Below, piece by piece: positions 1 through 12,285 of a stretch of 64,000 nucleotides of DNA. This DNA comes from Dimorphilus gyrociliatus (Eukaryota > Animalia > Annelida): NCBI GenBank assembly GCA_904063045.1, contig CAJFCJ010000011.1:1-64000 (forward strand). The letters run 5' to 3'. Every line of letters begins with the position of its first letter. Position 1 is the first letter of the stretch. The position numbers were made by a program, and so were the translations under genes. The notes beneath the pieces are model-generated. The model made no database searches. It had not been told where the DNA came from and worked only from the letters and a program-made list of their open reading frames with translations.

Positions 1-947
1 TTGTTTGGAGCGCTGACAAATGGTAAACTTGTAAAGGAAGCAATTTCTTTTGCAACATCTTCTGCAAAGCCTTTTCTGGTATTTAATCCAGTCCCAACAG
101 CCGTTCCCCCAACGGCTAATTCATAGACTCTCGGCAAAGTGGACTTTACTCTTAGCAAACCGTTTTTCATTTGTTGTACATATCCACTAAATTCCTGACC
201 CAAGGTTAAAGGAGTAGCATCCTGTGTATGCGTTCGTCCTATTTTAATTATATCCGAAAATTCGTCGCATTTGTTTTGCAAAGCCAATGAAAGTTGTTCC
301 ATTGCTGGTAACAAAAGGGTATTAATTTCAATAGCAACAGCTACATGCATAGCCGTAGGAAAAGTATCATTGGATGATTGGCTCATATTCACATGGTCAT
401 TCGGATGAACGGGATTCTTTGAACCCATTGTTCCCCCTAATAATTCAATACTTCTGTTACTAATTACTTCATTCACGTTCATATTTGTTTGAGTTCCCGA
501 GCCAGTTTGCCAAATAACTAGGGGAAAATTGTCGTGGCACATTTGACCTTCAATGATTTCATCAGCTGCTTTTACAATTGCATCCGCAATTTTGTCTTCT
601 AAACCAAACTTTTTATTGACAGTGGCTGCGCTTCTTTTTAAAATTGCCATTGCTTTAATAATAGGAAGTGGCATTCTTTCAGTTGGTCCACCGATATCAA
701 AATTTTGCAAGGAACGTGCGGTCATTGCGCCATAATATTTGTCCGCAGGGACGCTCATAGGACCAAAACTATCCTTTTCTATTCTTTCCATGCTGCTATA
801 CTAATAATGGAATATCGTTGAACGATTTGTAAGGAGAGAAATGTCGTAAGATGATTAAATACGCACCTTTCGAGTGAATGATAATACCCTAATGGAACTT
901 TTAACACTTCTATAAAGCTTTAGTTTCGATGTAATAATAGACCTCAT
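1..947 (-). CDS. FH: Fumarate hydratase, mitochondrial (3' part runs off the window start)
   Basis: Exon 1 947-867 ([27 protein letters not shown], presequence-like), GT-AG intron 866-801, exon 2 from 800: [30 protein letters not shown]...[21 protein letters not shown]...[21 protein letters not shown]...[22 protein letters not shown]. These are class II fumarase motifs. Confidence 0.97.
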
Positions 948-2054
948 GCAAAACGTGGCAACAGCCGGCCACAAAAATGACCTTTACCTGACAGAAAGCG
1001 AGTAATATGCTCTATAATAATTGGAAGGTTAAATAATAAGCTATCTGTTGGGCGATACGTCACTGGGAACCAGGGAATACTGCATATACTGTATTTTTTA
1101 TATTTTATACGAACGTAACCTTCAGCAACTTCCGGTCATACGATTTTATTTATAATAAATTTAAAATGACGAAATAAGGCGATCCGTGGGGATATATATT
1201 ATGAAAATAAATTACAGAGCCTAATATTCATTCATCACGCCTCTTCGGTTTCTGAGGAATTTGCGAATTTGCCTTAACCGTCTAGTCTAATTGTATACAT
1301 GGACTTCTAGTGAAAATCTTATTTTTATATAATGAAAAATCAGCAAAAACACATTTTAGCTCTTTCTTCTCCTTTGTAGGCCATGCATTTGTTATAAATT
1401 CATTGGGGACATTCGAAAAAATTTCTATTTATAGTACCACTAAGAAAATTACGTGAGAGATGCAATAAATTTCCAAAATTGTCTAGGTTTCTTATAAATA
1501 TTTGTAATAAATTTCTCAGTTGATTGACTGTTAGTTAATAGTTAAAGGAATAATGTCTCTGATTATTTAAGTACTGTTTTATTCCTATAAGGGTACTTCA
1601 ACGTTAGTCTATATTTGGCTGATAGTCGATCCCTGAAATAATTGCCATCAGTTTACTAATTAGTTTTTTTGATGGTGGAAGATTAAACGTTAGTGGAATA
1701 AATATTATTTAGGACCTTTTAAAGGCTTTTAGATGCGTTTCTTCGAAATTAGACAGTACTAAGAATATAGGAAAACGTGCAAAAAAATATTTATTTAAAA
1801 TGAGTAACCAATAAAAAAACATGCATCTAGAAAAAATATCACATTCAAGCACCTGTTAAGCGCATAAGTCCCTGTAATAGCTTGTTATAATGGACAATTT
1901 AAATAAAAATGGCACTGAGTATCAGCCGAGATAGTATTTATAAATACTAATTATATCCTTGTAATATTGATGTTATCCAATGTCAACTCCATTTTACTTA
2001 CCAATTTTCCACTTCAATACCTTTTTCTCTGTCCCAACCGAATGAACAAAAGAA

Positions 2055-5042
2055 TTAACGTTTTGTATTCTTGCGAAAGAGTGCTTTGAAACTAAAAAAA
2101 AAATCGTAAAAGAATATTGTCAGCTTTCTAATTAAAAAAAAATTGCATTTACACTCTGCTTTAAGTTAACTTAGTGTAGAACGACTTTTTTTCGTAATCG
2201 ACAAGACCGGCTATAATTGACAAGTCACATAGATATAAGGCCAATGTACCGTAAGCTTTAAATAATTCTATTGAAAAGGATTTTTTTTCAAAAGAAAGAA
2301 TTTTTCTAATAAATACAATTCATTGAAAAATTTAATGTTTTGTTTTGATTATTTTTTTACAGAAATGTTAATTTGAAATTAAACACTCCAAGTTCCAACA
2401 CATTATCCCATGCCGACAGGTTTTCTAATTCAATTTTTCCATGAACCGGTGGAACCTATATTTTAGAACGGGTAAAAATTAGTAAAGCTTTGCGAAACTA
2501 ATAGGGAACTCATGCAAATAAATGACGATAGAAATTGTGTTTTCAACTGTAAATTCTAATGGAAAGTGAGGGAGAAACAGCTAAATGCAACAAGAAGTAA
2601 AACGACGTGGGTCGATTGACGCTTTACTACACTTTCATAAACATTTATATGACAATTAGTGTTTCATACTTACAGTTTTCGAATACCAGAGTCAAAACGA
2701 TCTGGATGCAATTTGTCGTCAGGCTCTCTATTTATAGGACCTTGAACTGGTAAGACTTCCTCTTCATCACTGTTTATTTATTCGATTAGGAAAATACAGT
2801 CTAGAAATTAATTTGAATAACCTCAATGGTGGGCGATACTGTAGCAATTCTTCTTCCACTTCAATTAATTTTGTCTTTAATTCGTTTCTCTCCTTCAAAA
2901 GATATTGAAAATCAATTAGATACATTTGAAAAGAATACGTAATCACGAATACAAAAATAAAAACAAAAGCAAAACCAATCCATCTTTAAAGGTAAATATG
3001 TTTATAAATAACGTATAGGTAATGTCAAAATTATGATTAAATTATATATTGCATTTCTTTCAAAATATTTCAAAAGAAAACTGTAAAGAATGAAAGAAAG
3101 AGTTAAGGAACTTCTTTGTTACAATAAAGAACTATAGACATTTACATTTGAATGTAAGGGAAAAACTACACAAGTATGATCAAAAATAGGGACATGCCAG
3201 TGGTGATAGCCTCTTCACAACAACAATTTAAACGAACCTGGAGCACATCTCTGAGCTCATTCATAGTAAATCTCGGTCGATTTGGATCCTTCAAGTCAAT
3301 TACCATTTTGCCTTCTAATGTTAATTTTTGATGCCACTGATCTATGTCTTCCAATGTCTGGCATGCAATATTTGAATAGAGCTATAGTTTACAATATAAC
3401 TAGTTAGTTTTTGACGGGTCTAGACAGCAAGCATATCAGATGGAAACACTTTTTTTAAAGGCCCTAATATATCAAGGAAATATATAAAGGGAAAAAAAAG
3501 AATTGTTAGGAGAAAATATATGTATATCAACATATCACACCTCTGTATAGATATAATATGTTAATGAATAAATAATATATGAATTCGGATGATATGTAAA
3601 TAGATTATCTTCACATATGTGTCATACATACTGCATGAGAAAATATAAATCTATACATAAATATATACTGCCTAAATATGTATAAATTTGTAAGAAGCAA
3701 TTAAGCAGAACATATTATATATATATATATATATTATTAATATAATTTAAATCTATAAGGGTTATCCAACAAACACTAGAGAGTCGATTAGTAATTATAA
3801 CAAAATTACTTACTGGTGAAGTTGGAGAATCTAGACTTTCCTGTTGAAGTCTATCTCTTATGACCGTTATCTGTTGCTCTTTGTCATGAAGTTGAGCCTA
3901 AACCCCGTTGACATCTTATTATAGAAAAGTTTATTTTAGTATAAACCTACCTACCTGCAAATCTACCTTCTCGGCGATGAGACTTTGAGCGTGTCTTTGA
4001 GTCAAAGAGTTTCTCCTCTTAAAATCCGCATTTAAGCGAGCCAATCTCTCTAACTGACCTTGCAGCTGTACAATAAAGAATGAAGAAACAAGGAAATTTA
4101 TTATATTAGACTAACCAACCGTTTCAACGTAAACATTTTTTTGTTTGACTTCTTTTTGCAAATTGCGTATTTCTTCTCGTTGCTTATCAATTATTTCAGT
4201 CATTTTTCCTAACAGTTGGTCTCCAGCATCTTTTTCATTATCCTTTGTATTTCTATTTTCCCAAGCTGCCTGACTATTTGACAACTGCTGCATTAACTTC
4301 TTATTATCTTTTTGTAATTTTTCTACTGTTGTGACTAACTCTTTGGTTTCAGATCTCCATGATTCTTCGATTGCTTCTAATTCCTGCAATAAAATTAACA
4401 TGAACGTGATACTCTTAAATAAAAGATTGGCTATTGTTACTTAATAGCAGATAAACATGTCAGCTACATTTGTTAGAAAAAATATCCATGTCATGACAGC
4501 TTACGATTTAAAGTGTTTCCTTAAACTCTGGTTGCCACCTTTGAGCGACGTAATTATTCTCGAAGTAACGCAGTTTATTGAGTTCCGATAAGATGTTTAC
4601 CAAACTAGAGTGTAAAGAATCACAATTCTTATTTACCTATAGATAACGCTCCAAAAAATATTTATTTCTAGAAAGGCATTCTAAATATAGACGGTAAACA
4701 TCCTTTATCAGAACTATAGAGAATTTAAATACGACTTAAAAAAAGAACCTTTTCGTATTTAGCTCGTTCTTCAGCTTTAACAGTTTTTTCCATTTGTAAC
4801 TTTTCAACAGCATATCGTAGTTCTGCCATTTGATCCTGTTCCTTTTGGTTTTGAGCAGCTAGATGTTCCAGCTGTTCGAGGACATTAATAACTTTCGGTA
4901 CCAAACCGGAAAGTGGTTCCGCGCCGAACGTCTCAATAAGTCGTTCAAAATCATTTCCAATAGCGGACGCTATATCGTAGACGTCCGTTATTGTGACGCT
5001 CTTTAGTGGCTTTTCCATAGTCGGAGACACAATGCAAGCCAT
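2055..5042 (-). CDS. RILPL1: RILP-like protein (RH1 and RH2 domains); last exon uncertain
   Basis: RH1 (TDVYDIASAIGNDFERLI...LVPKVINVLEQLE) at 4750-5042; coiled-coil exons near 4100-4383, 3950-4060 and 3810-3900; RH2 (DLKDPNRPRFTMNELRDVLQ|ERNELKTKL) near 3240-3357 and 2820-2895; QGPINREPDDKL...SGIRKL to about 2672; best terminal exon 2091-2055 (FKALFRKNTKR*). Confidence 0.88.
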
Positions 5043-5196
5043 TCGTTCGACTTTTCAAGCGTAAATCATCATCATTGATCATTCAGGAAGAGAACGCCCC
5101 ATAGTGCAGTTGCATTTCCGGTAAAGTATGCCATCTGGTGATTTTATTTGAAAAGGACGTGTTGATTGTGCCTAATTTGTGATTTGACATATAGTT
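5043..5196. promoter_or_regulatory. Bidirectional promoter RILPL/BRAT1 (154 bp between ATGs)
   Basis: Head-to-head start codons; ETS-like ATTTCCGGT at 5114-5122. Confidence 0.65.
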
Positions 5197-7305
5197 ATGC
5201 GCGAAGCGGATGAACAATCTCTTCCAATGTCTTCGGTAATTTCAAAAAAATTGAAATCTGTTTGGGAAGCATTTATAGATAAGGATAAGGATGTAAGAGA
5301 CGACACGCTTATTCAGAAATTACTTGACTATTTGAGATATGCAATTACCATTCAGAAAAACTTAGGTTATATTATATAGATCGATATATATAACTTCTAT
5401 ATATGACATCTCTAATGACTTACAGATATTATCACTTCTTTGTGTCAAGATCCAACATTAAAGAAATTTGTAACGGCGAGTGTGGGGAGCAGTTTACGAA
5501 ATCATATAGCCCAAGTGGGCTATAGAATTACTGGATTTTTAATCGACGAATGTTATAAAGATTCAGTGTGGCAAGAAAATCTCAGGCTTCTACTAGAATC
5601 GGGATGGAAATCTGACGATGATTTAATCAAAATAGCTGTGGTATTGACACTTTCAGACGCATCGTCTTCAAAAAATGTTATTGAATACCTGATAAAAAAA
5701 GAAACTATCTATTTAGACGAGTTATTCTCATCGTTTCTATCAACCAATTATCATTTGGCTAATGCAGTGAGAAAATGTATCTTATCAATGATATCTACGT
5801 GTCTCCAAAAACCGACATCAAAATTAAGGCATTCTCTACTCTCAAGTATCATTTCTCGTTTCAAAAATAGTGAATCGATCCTTATTAGTAAAAATTTCTC
5901 TAATCTCCTAAACGATGCTATAAAAGATCCAATTTTAACTGAGACTTTAGCATCTAAAGGAATTTTTTCTCAGCTAATTAAGTTAGCCCCTCAGTTGACA
6001 ACAGATTTCATATGTATATTAGCAGATATTAAGAAGAGCTTAACCGCTGATGACCTAAATTTGCTTATTAATATACCGAAAGATTGCCAAGCAAAGGGAA
6101 ATATATCAGTTTCATTGGCTATACTTGATTTCGTTGTCAAATTCGATAAATGCTCTACTTTAACCGACTATTTAACTGCTGACCTACTTGCCCCAGTTAT
6201 AATATTTGTATCCGGAAAGAAAAATGAGAGCGAATGCTGGATGGATGTCATTAATGATGAGAATAGATCTCAGACCATTATGCTGGAATTGTTAGGCAGA
6301 TTGGAGAATAATATGATCATTGTTTCAGAAAATTGTCAATTATTTCAATTATTTACCGAAAAATTATTCTTTTGCACAGCTAACGATAAAAAGGATTTCT
6401 ATACCAAAGTTTTGTCGGAGAGTGTAAGAGTTCGATCTAGCATTTTACGTCTGTTATTGGCTGTTGCTCAATCAGAAAAGAATTTTTACGAAATTTCCTT
6501 CAGGATTGCCTCAGGTTCAAATTTTTCAGCTCAAGAACAAGAACTATCTTTACGAATTGCTGCCCTTAGTTGCTCGAACACTCGTCAAGCAAGTAAATTG
6601 TTCGACTTAATTGAATCATGCCTTAGTAGAATGCATAGTCAAGTAAGAGATGAAGCTATAAATAGTCTCAATATTCTGGTTAATGAAGACCTGCTTACCG
6701 AAGAACATTATGATAGAGCCATTCAACAAAGCTCAACAAAAGATGCTGATTCATACGTTAGGGCCAGTTTAGTTGGTTGCCTTTTGAATATGCTAGTGAA
6801 ACGAAAGTTAAAAGATAATCAAATGAGAAAGGTATTTGACGACGTGCAGACTTTGATAATAGAGGATGATGAAGCAATACCAAGAAGAGCAGCTGTTAAG
6901 GGTCTCACGGAAGTTATTAAAAACTCAAAGGAGGGAGACGAATGGTATATACGTATGGTTCTAGATTCCGCTAAGCGGTGCCTAAAAGATCAAGACTGGG
7001 AAGTTAGGAAAAATCTAGTTTATCTCTTAAAAGAAGCTTTTCAAGCCGAAACTGTGGCTTCATCTCTTCTAAAAGAAGCAGACGCCCATATAGTTTTAAT
7101 GTCACTCGCAAATGATATTGAAACGACTGTAAGAGGAGCTGCGCTTGATTTATTACAAAGTGTTTATCCAAGTTCTAATGATTTACCAAGCTATGCACAA
7201 CCAGTGAAAGAAGATGTCATCCCCCTCGATGACTTTGTTACAAAACCTGTGTCACTATTGGACGATATCTTAGCAGATATGGAAGTTGATATTGACTGCT
7301 ATTAA
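5197..7305 (+). CDS. BRAT1: BRCA1-associated ATM activator 1 (HEAT-repeat INTS9/INTS11 chaperone)
   Basis: Two exons (phase-1 intron about 5368-5425). The N-terminal DVRDDTLIQKLLDYL resembles human VADDTCLEKLLDWF; C-terminal HEAT repeats include DQDWEVR; the protein ends [16 protein letters not shown], matching the conserved BRAT1 DCY terminus. Confidence 0.88.
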
Positions 7306-8833
7306 TCTACCAGTTCGCCGCAATTGTGTATGATAACTCTTTCGCTAGGAGTCCCACTTTTTGATCCGACACTCTGTAGAAAGGATATATTTATCATTGT
7401 TATATCTTTTTTGTAATAAATTTGATTATAAATAACTCACCTCCATTTTCTTAACTACGCTTAAACCTTGTATAACTTTACCAAAAACAACATGCTTTCC
7501 GTCTAACCAATCAGTTTTTTCAGTGGTCAGAAAAAATTGTGAACTATTTGTATTAGGTCCAGAGTTTGCCATGGAAACGGTTCCTATAATTAAATTGTTA
7601 TATTAGTTTTAGGATATTAAAACTATTTTTTTTTACCTGCGCCAATATGCTTCAATACAAAGTTCTCATCGTCGAATTTTTTGCCTTCAGAAAAACAAAC
7701 GTAAGATGAACTAATAAAATATGCATGTATAATTACCGTATATAGACTTTCCACCCGTCCCATTATTATTTGTTATATCACCTCCTTGACACATCTGATT
7801 ATGACAAAACAAGAAAATAATTGCAAATGTACTTATTCGAGAACAATTATAAATTTTATAGTTGCAGACTTTTAAGAAAAGCACTTACAAAGCCAGGAAT
7901 AATCCTGTGAAAACTGCTACCTTTAAAACCAAAACCTTTCTCGTGAGTACATAAACATCTGAAGTTCTCTGATAGTGAAATATAGTATATTACTAAGTCG
8001 TTTTACTTATAAATTCAATGAAAATTTTATACCTGCTGTCATTGGAACAATATCATCACGTAAAGATATAACTATTCTTCCAGCATGTCTACTTCCTATT
8101 TTTATGTCAAAGAACACCTGAGGATTTACTTTTTTCTTTTTCTTTGCTACACTTTCTTCTTTTTCTATTTCTTCACTAGGCCTTTTATTCGCTAATTTTT
8201 CATCATTGTCTTCTTGAGTTAAAGATGATCCAGCGTGTTCTTGTAGCCATGAATCTTCAGACCATACTGGACGAGTATATCCTTCCTTGATTTTCATAGG
8301 TCTGGCGATGTTTACTTTTATTGTCTTTCCACAAAGCTCCGATTGATCCTAGAATTTTTATATATCAAACATATGCAAAAGAGAACTTTGAGAACTAACC
8401 ATGTTATCTATCGCTGATTTTGAATCGTCCAGCAATTCATATTCGACAAAAGCGAAACCTCGATGTTTTTCTATTTTCAAGCACTTTTTAATAATACAAA
8501 TTAGTACATAGTAAAGTGATACTAACCAGTTTCATAATCAATTGGCATTTGAATGGACACAATATCTCCGAAGGGAATAAAAGCAGCATGTAAAAGCTTT
8601 TCTGTAACTTCATCGGCTAAGCCGCCTAATTGTTAAAAGAGCGATAATGTAATGTTGTGTTAGAATAGTTGAATATTATATTGTATACAAAACAACCTTC
8701 ACTCATAATACTATCAGAATTAAAAATATTTTCCTCTTAACTTGCATTGTTTAAATAGTTAAATAAAAGCGTTTTAAAGGTTATGATTATACTTACCGAC
8801 GTATAAAATTCGCTTATTTGCGGTACCCGCCAT
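7302..8833 (-). CDS. PPIE: Peptidyl-prolyl isomerase E (Cyp33): RRM plus cyclophilin domain
   Basis: Multi-exon: [19 protein letters not shown]...HRGFAFVEY (RRM), then [10 protein letters not shown]...[33 protein letters not shown]...[15 protein letters not shown]...[10 protein letters not shown]; last exon 7373-7302 ends IHNCGELVD*. Confidence 0.97.
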
Positions 8834-9363
8834 CTTAACTGGTAGCTCTTTCGTTGAAGTTCCAAAAATTTATAAGTATTGTTTGACTGTTTATTAAAGA
8901 GTCTTTTAGTTATTATAGTTTCTTAAGTATAGAAAATGAACATTTATTTATTTGTATTTTATATCATTCAAGGAAGATTTTTTAGTTTAAAGTTAATAAT
9001 CTCTCAGATTTTTTTAATTACAGAATTCTAGTCATATTTTACAAAATAGTTTGAAAACTTCTTACGAAGTTTTGTCTGACTAAATTTTCTACTCTAAGAC
9101 ACTAAAATTTGGTAATATTAATAACAAGAACGGAAAGAAAATAAATATTTAAAATCAATTAAATACTAAAGAAGATTTACAATTAATCTTTTTGTAATAT
9201 AGATTTATACAAGCTCCTATATTGTTTTTTAGTGTGCTTTACTTCTCCGATTTATTGCTAAAACACATAAAATTAAGTAAATTAAAAAAGCTTTTAGTTC
9301 TAAAATTGAGAATATTTCTACTTGTCGATAGTGTCCACAGCTAGAAACTAATTTCTCTAAAGC

Positions 9364-11212
9364 ATGGATAACGAAGAGCTCAATCGTCTAAAACGCAATT
9401 TCTCGGAAATAGGACTAAACGATTGGCTAATAAAGCAATGTGACGCAGTTGGAATGAAAAATCCTACATCAATTCAGTTGAATTGTGTACCAAAGATACT
9501 TGAAGGTAATGATCTGGATTATTACTGTGAGCGATAATATACTAAGTAAATTATTGCATCGTACTTTTTTTTCACAGGACGAGATTGTATTGGGTGTGCC
9601 AAAACTGGAAGTGGAAAAACAGCAGCGTTTGCTCTACCAATTTTACAAAAGCTGTCAGAAGATCCTTATGGAGTATTTGCTTTAGTCTTAACTCCGACCA
9701 GGTTTGAATGAAATTTGCTTCGTCGTACCCTTTTATCATTGTAAATATTTCTTATTTTTGCAGAGAACTCGCTTTCCAAATTTCAGAGCAGTTTTCTGTC
9801 TTGGGAAAACCTATAGGCTTGAGAGTATCTGTTGTTACTGGAGGAAGAGGTAATAATTTTCTAGTACTACTAAAGTTTTTGTTATTAAAAGTTTTCTGTT
9901 AGATATGGTGATGCAGGGGTCTTCCCTTTCTGAAAAGCCACATATTCTGGTAAGCACACCGGGAAGATTAGCTGATCATATAGAAACTGGTACAGAAATA
10001 TCTCTCTCAAAAATTCGCTTTCTTGTGCTTGACGAAGCAGATCGATTGCTGGAAGATAATTTTGGTGAACAATTGAAAACAATTTTCAAAATTCTTCCAA
10101 AAAAGAGACAAACTCTTCTATTTAGGTAAATTTGTTATACCTTACATTTCGAAACATATTTTACTATTTTATTTAATTTTAGTGCAACGATGACTGAAAG
10201 TATTCGTACACTACAAGAAACTTCTGAAGAAAAGCCTTTTTATTTCAGCGCAATTAAAGAGTATGTTTTGGAAGATAATATCTATATTGAATTACATTGT
10301 TTTTCCTCATTTTAGCATTGCAACTGTGGAAACCTTGGAACAACAATATGTGCTTATGCCAGCAGATGTTAAAGATGCTTACCTTTTGCATATGGTTAAC
10401 AAATTTCAAGAGGAAAACGAAAAAAGTTTAATTATAGTGTTTACCCATACATGCAAGTATTGCCAATTACTGGGATTAGTCATGAAAGATTTAGGTTTGG
10501 AATGCGTCACCTTGCATTCAATGATACCCCAGAGAGACAGATTAGCTGCACTTGCAAAGTTTAAGTCACATCAAGTTCGAACATTAATAGCTACAGACGT
10601 TGCTAGCAGGTTAGCACTTTTGTTAATAGGCTTTTTCCATGCATTATTAATTAATTTTTACATTTCCGCAGAGGTTTAGACATTCCTGCCGTAGACTTTA
10701 TTATCAATTTTAATGTACCAACGAGAGCAAAAGATTATGTTCATAGAGTTGGAAGAACAGCTAGAGCTGGTAGAGGAGGTTTTGCTGTTACATTGGTTAC
10801 CCAATTTGATATTAAGCTGTTTCAGGCTGTTGAAAGTCATATAAGTAAGAACTCATAACATAAAAAAATTTAAAGTAACTATTAAATATTCCATCCTACT
10901 CCAATTAGAAACAAAATTAACGGAAATGAAAGTAAATGAAAGCGAAGTGGCTAAAATTGCAACTGAGGTTGCTGTCAGCAAACGAAAAGCAGAAATCGTA
11001 AGAATTTGTATAATTTCATTATAATACTTTAAAGACTAATGTCTTTTTTGTTCTTACTTTAGAGATTGGATGAAGTTGATTTTGGAGAAAGTAAGGAAAT
11101 ACATTTAAGAAAGAAATTAATCCTAGAAGGTAAAGATCCTGAAAAATATTTGGAAAAGAAAAGAAAAAGAAAAAATAAGAAGTTTAAAGGAAATAAGAAA
11201 AAAAAAGTTTAA
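9364..11212 (+). CDS. DDX49: DEAD-box RNA helicase DDX49 (Dbp8)
   Basis: Q motif [52 protein letters not shown]; Lys-rich tail ending at TAA 11210-11212. Confidence 0.95.
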
Positions 11213-11368
11213 TAATTTAGGTCTAATAATTATGAAAAATTGTCCCAAGTAAATCAATAATTCAGTTAAAGCATTTCGTGTAAATATCAGAATTGAAAGT
11301 TTGCAATTAATGTAAATAAAGCATCAAAACAGTTTGTAATTTTCAAAGAAGCAATTACACTTTATTAC

Positions 11369-12285
11369 TTAATTTCTAAGCTCTTGAGAAACTACAAGCA
11401 TATCATGCTCCTCCGGAAATAAACCAAATTTCACATCGGTTATATTTGTAGCATTTAATAGTTTATCATCCTTCAAATCAATATTCCAATGTTTTAATTT
11501 ACTGGCTAAGCCGTTTAATTGCTGCTTACTTGTACAAATTAATTGAAGCAAAATATCATTCTCATGTCTTCTTATCTCATAGACAAGAATACCAAGAGTT
11601 TCTTCAAAAAACTTGATAATTTTCAGCCTATAACTCTCTTCCATAAGTGTTTCACTTATTGCACCAGATAAAGACTGAAATAGTTTAATGTCGTTGATCC
11701 TCTTATTCTTATCTCTTTTGAACATCCACGTGAAACAGGAACATTTTACATTTTTATTCATCGTAGTGTCGTGTAAAATGTCAGCTAATCTCAAGCACTT
11801 ACTTTTCGTATTAATCTTTAAAGGTTTCAGTCTGACGTTCAATTGTCCTTTTCGTCGACCATTCTTTATTGCCATTATCTTTTCTTCATTATCCAAGAAA
11901 GATGCCAATTGAAATTGCCCAGAAAATCTTAAGGCATTAATCAGTAATTGCAGGCTTTTATTATCTTCCACCTCCTTCAAAATCATCTCCTTCTTATTTT
12001 CTTTTGCTTTTAAAGCAGCTTTTTTTGAAATTGCAGAATTATCATGAAGATAGTCGACCACTTCTTCAGTTAGAACCAATTTGTCCTTGACTTGGTCATT
12101 ACAAATCTTGTTCGACATACTAAAAATATAAACAATAATCTTTTGAAGTAACTAATTGAATTAAACTGAATAAACAATACTCTATCGATTCTTAATTTAT
12201 TTAAGTTAAATTGACTCTTTAACTCTTTCTAGTCCTACCTGCAAACTCTAGCTACACTGCTAGCTACAGAAGGAAAGCGGAACAT
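11369..12285 (-). CDS. CARD/death-fold-like protein with a C-terminal TRADD-N-like domain (putative)
   Basis: ORF 12118-11369 plus an in-phase upstream exon 12285-12239 (MFRFPSVASSVARVC; donor ag|gtagga, acceptor ttttag at 12120). Helices VKDKLVLTEEVVDYLHDNSAI and LQLLINALRFSGQFQLASFL fit a CARD pattern by eye. Confidence 0.6.

Noticed and set aside
553-735. Plus-strand 60-aa ORF and many similar short ORFs in the track (for example 11688, 14443, 15834, 20572, 28731, 38149, 39598, 54732, 58192-58630, 60165-60942, 61835)
   Set aside because: Antisense or off-frame shadows of identified coding exons, with no independent motifs.
1200-1950. Short open frames with splice-like signals on both strands between FH and RILPL
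   Set aside because: Could not be assembled into a consistent gene model or matched to a family.
1954-1961. ATATCCTT resembling a U12 AT-AC donor (also at 14124, 38819 and, on the minus strand, near 58007)
   Set aside because: No open upstream exon and no matching branch point or AC acceptor; two of the hits are inside coding exons.
4505-4604. 100-nt segment with splice-like ends and an early stop in RILPL intron 1 (poison exon?)
   Set aside because: Such sites arise easily in AT-rich DNA; no supporting evidence.
7564-7578. Near-perfect RFX X-box GTTTGCCATGGAAAC
   Set aside because: It lies inside PPIE coding sequence (VSMAN) and is explained by protein conservation.
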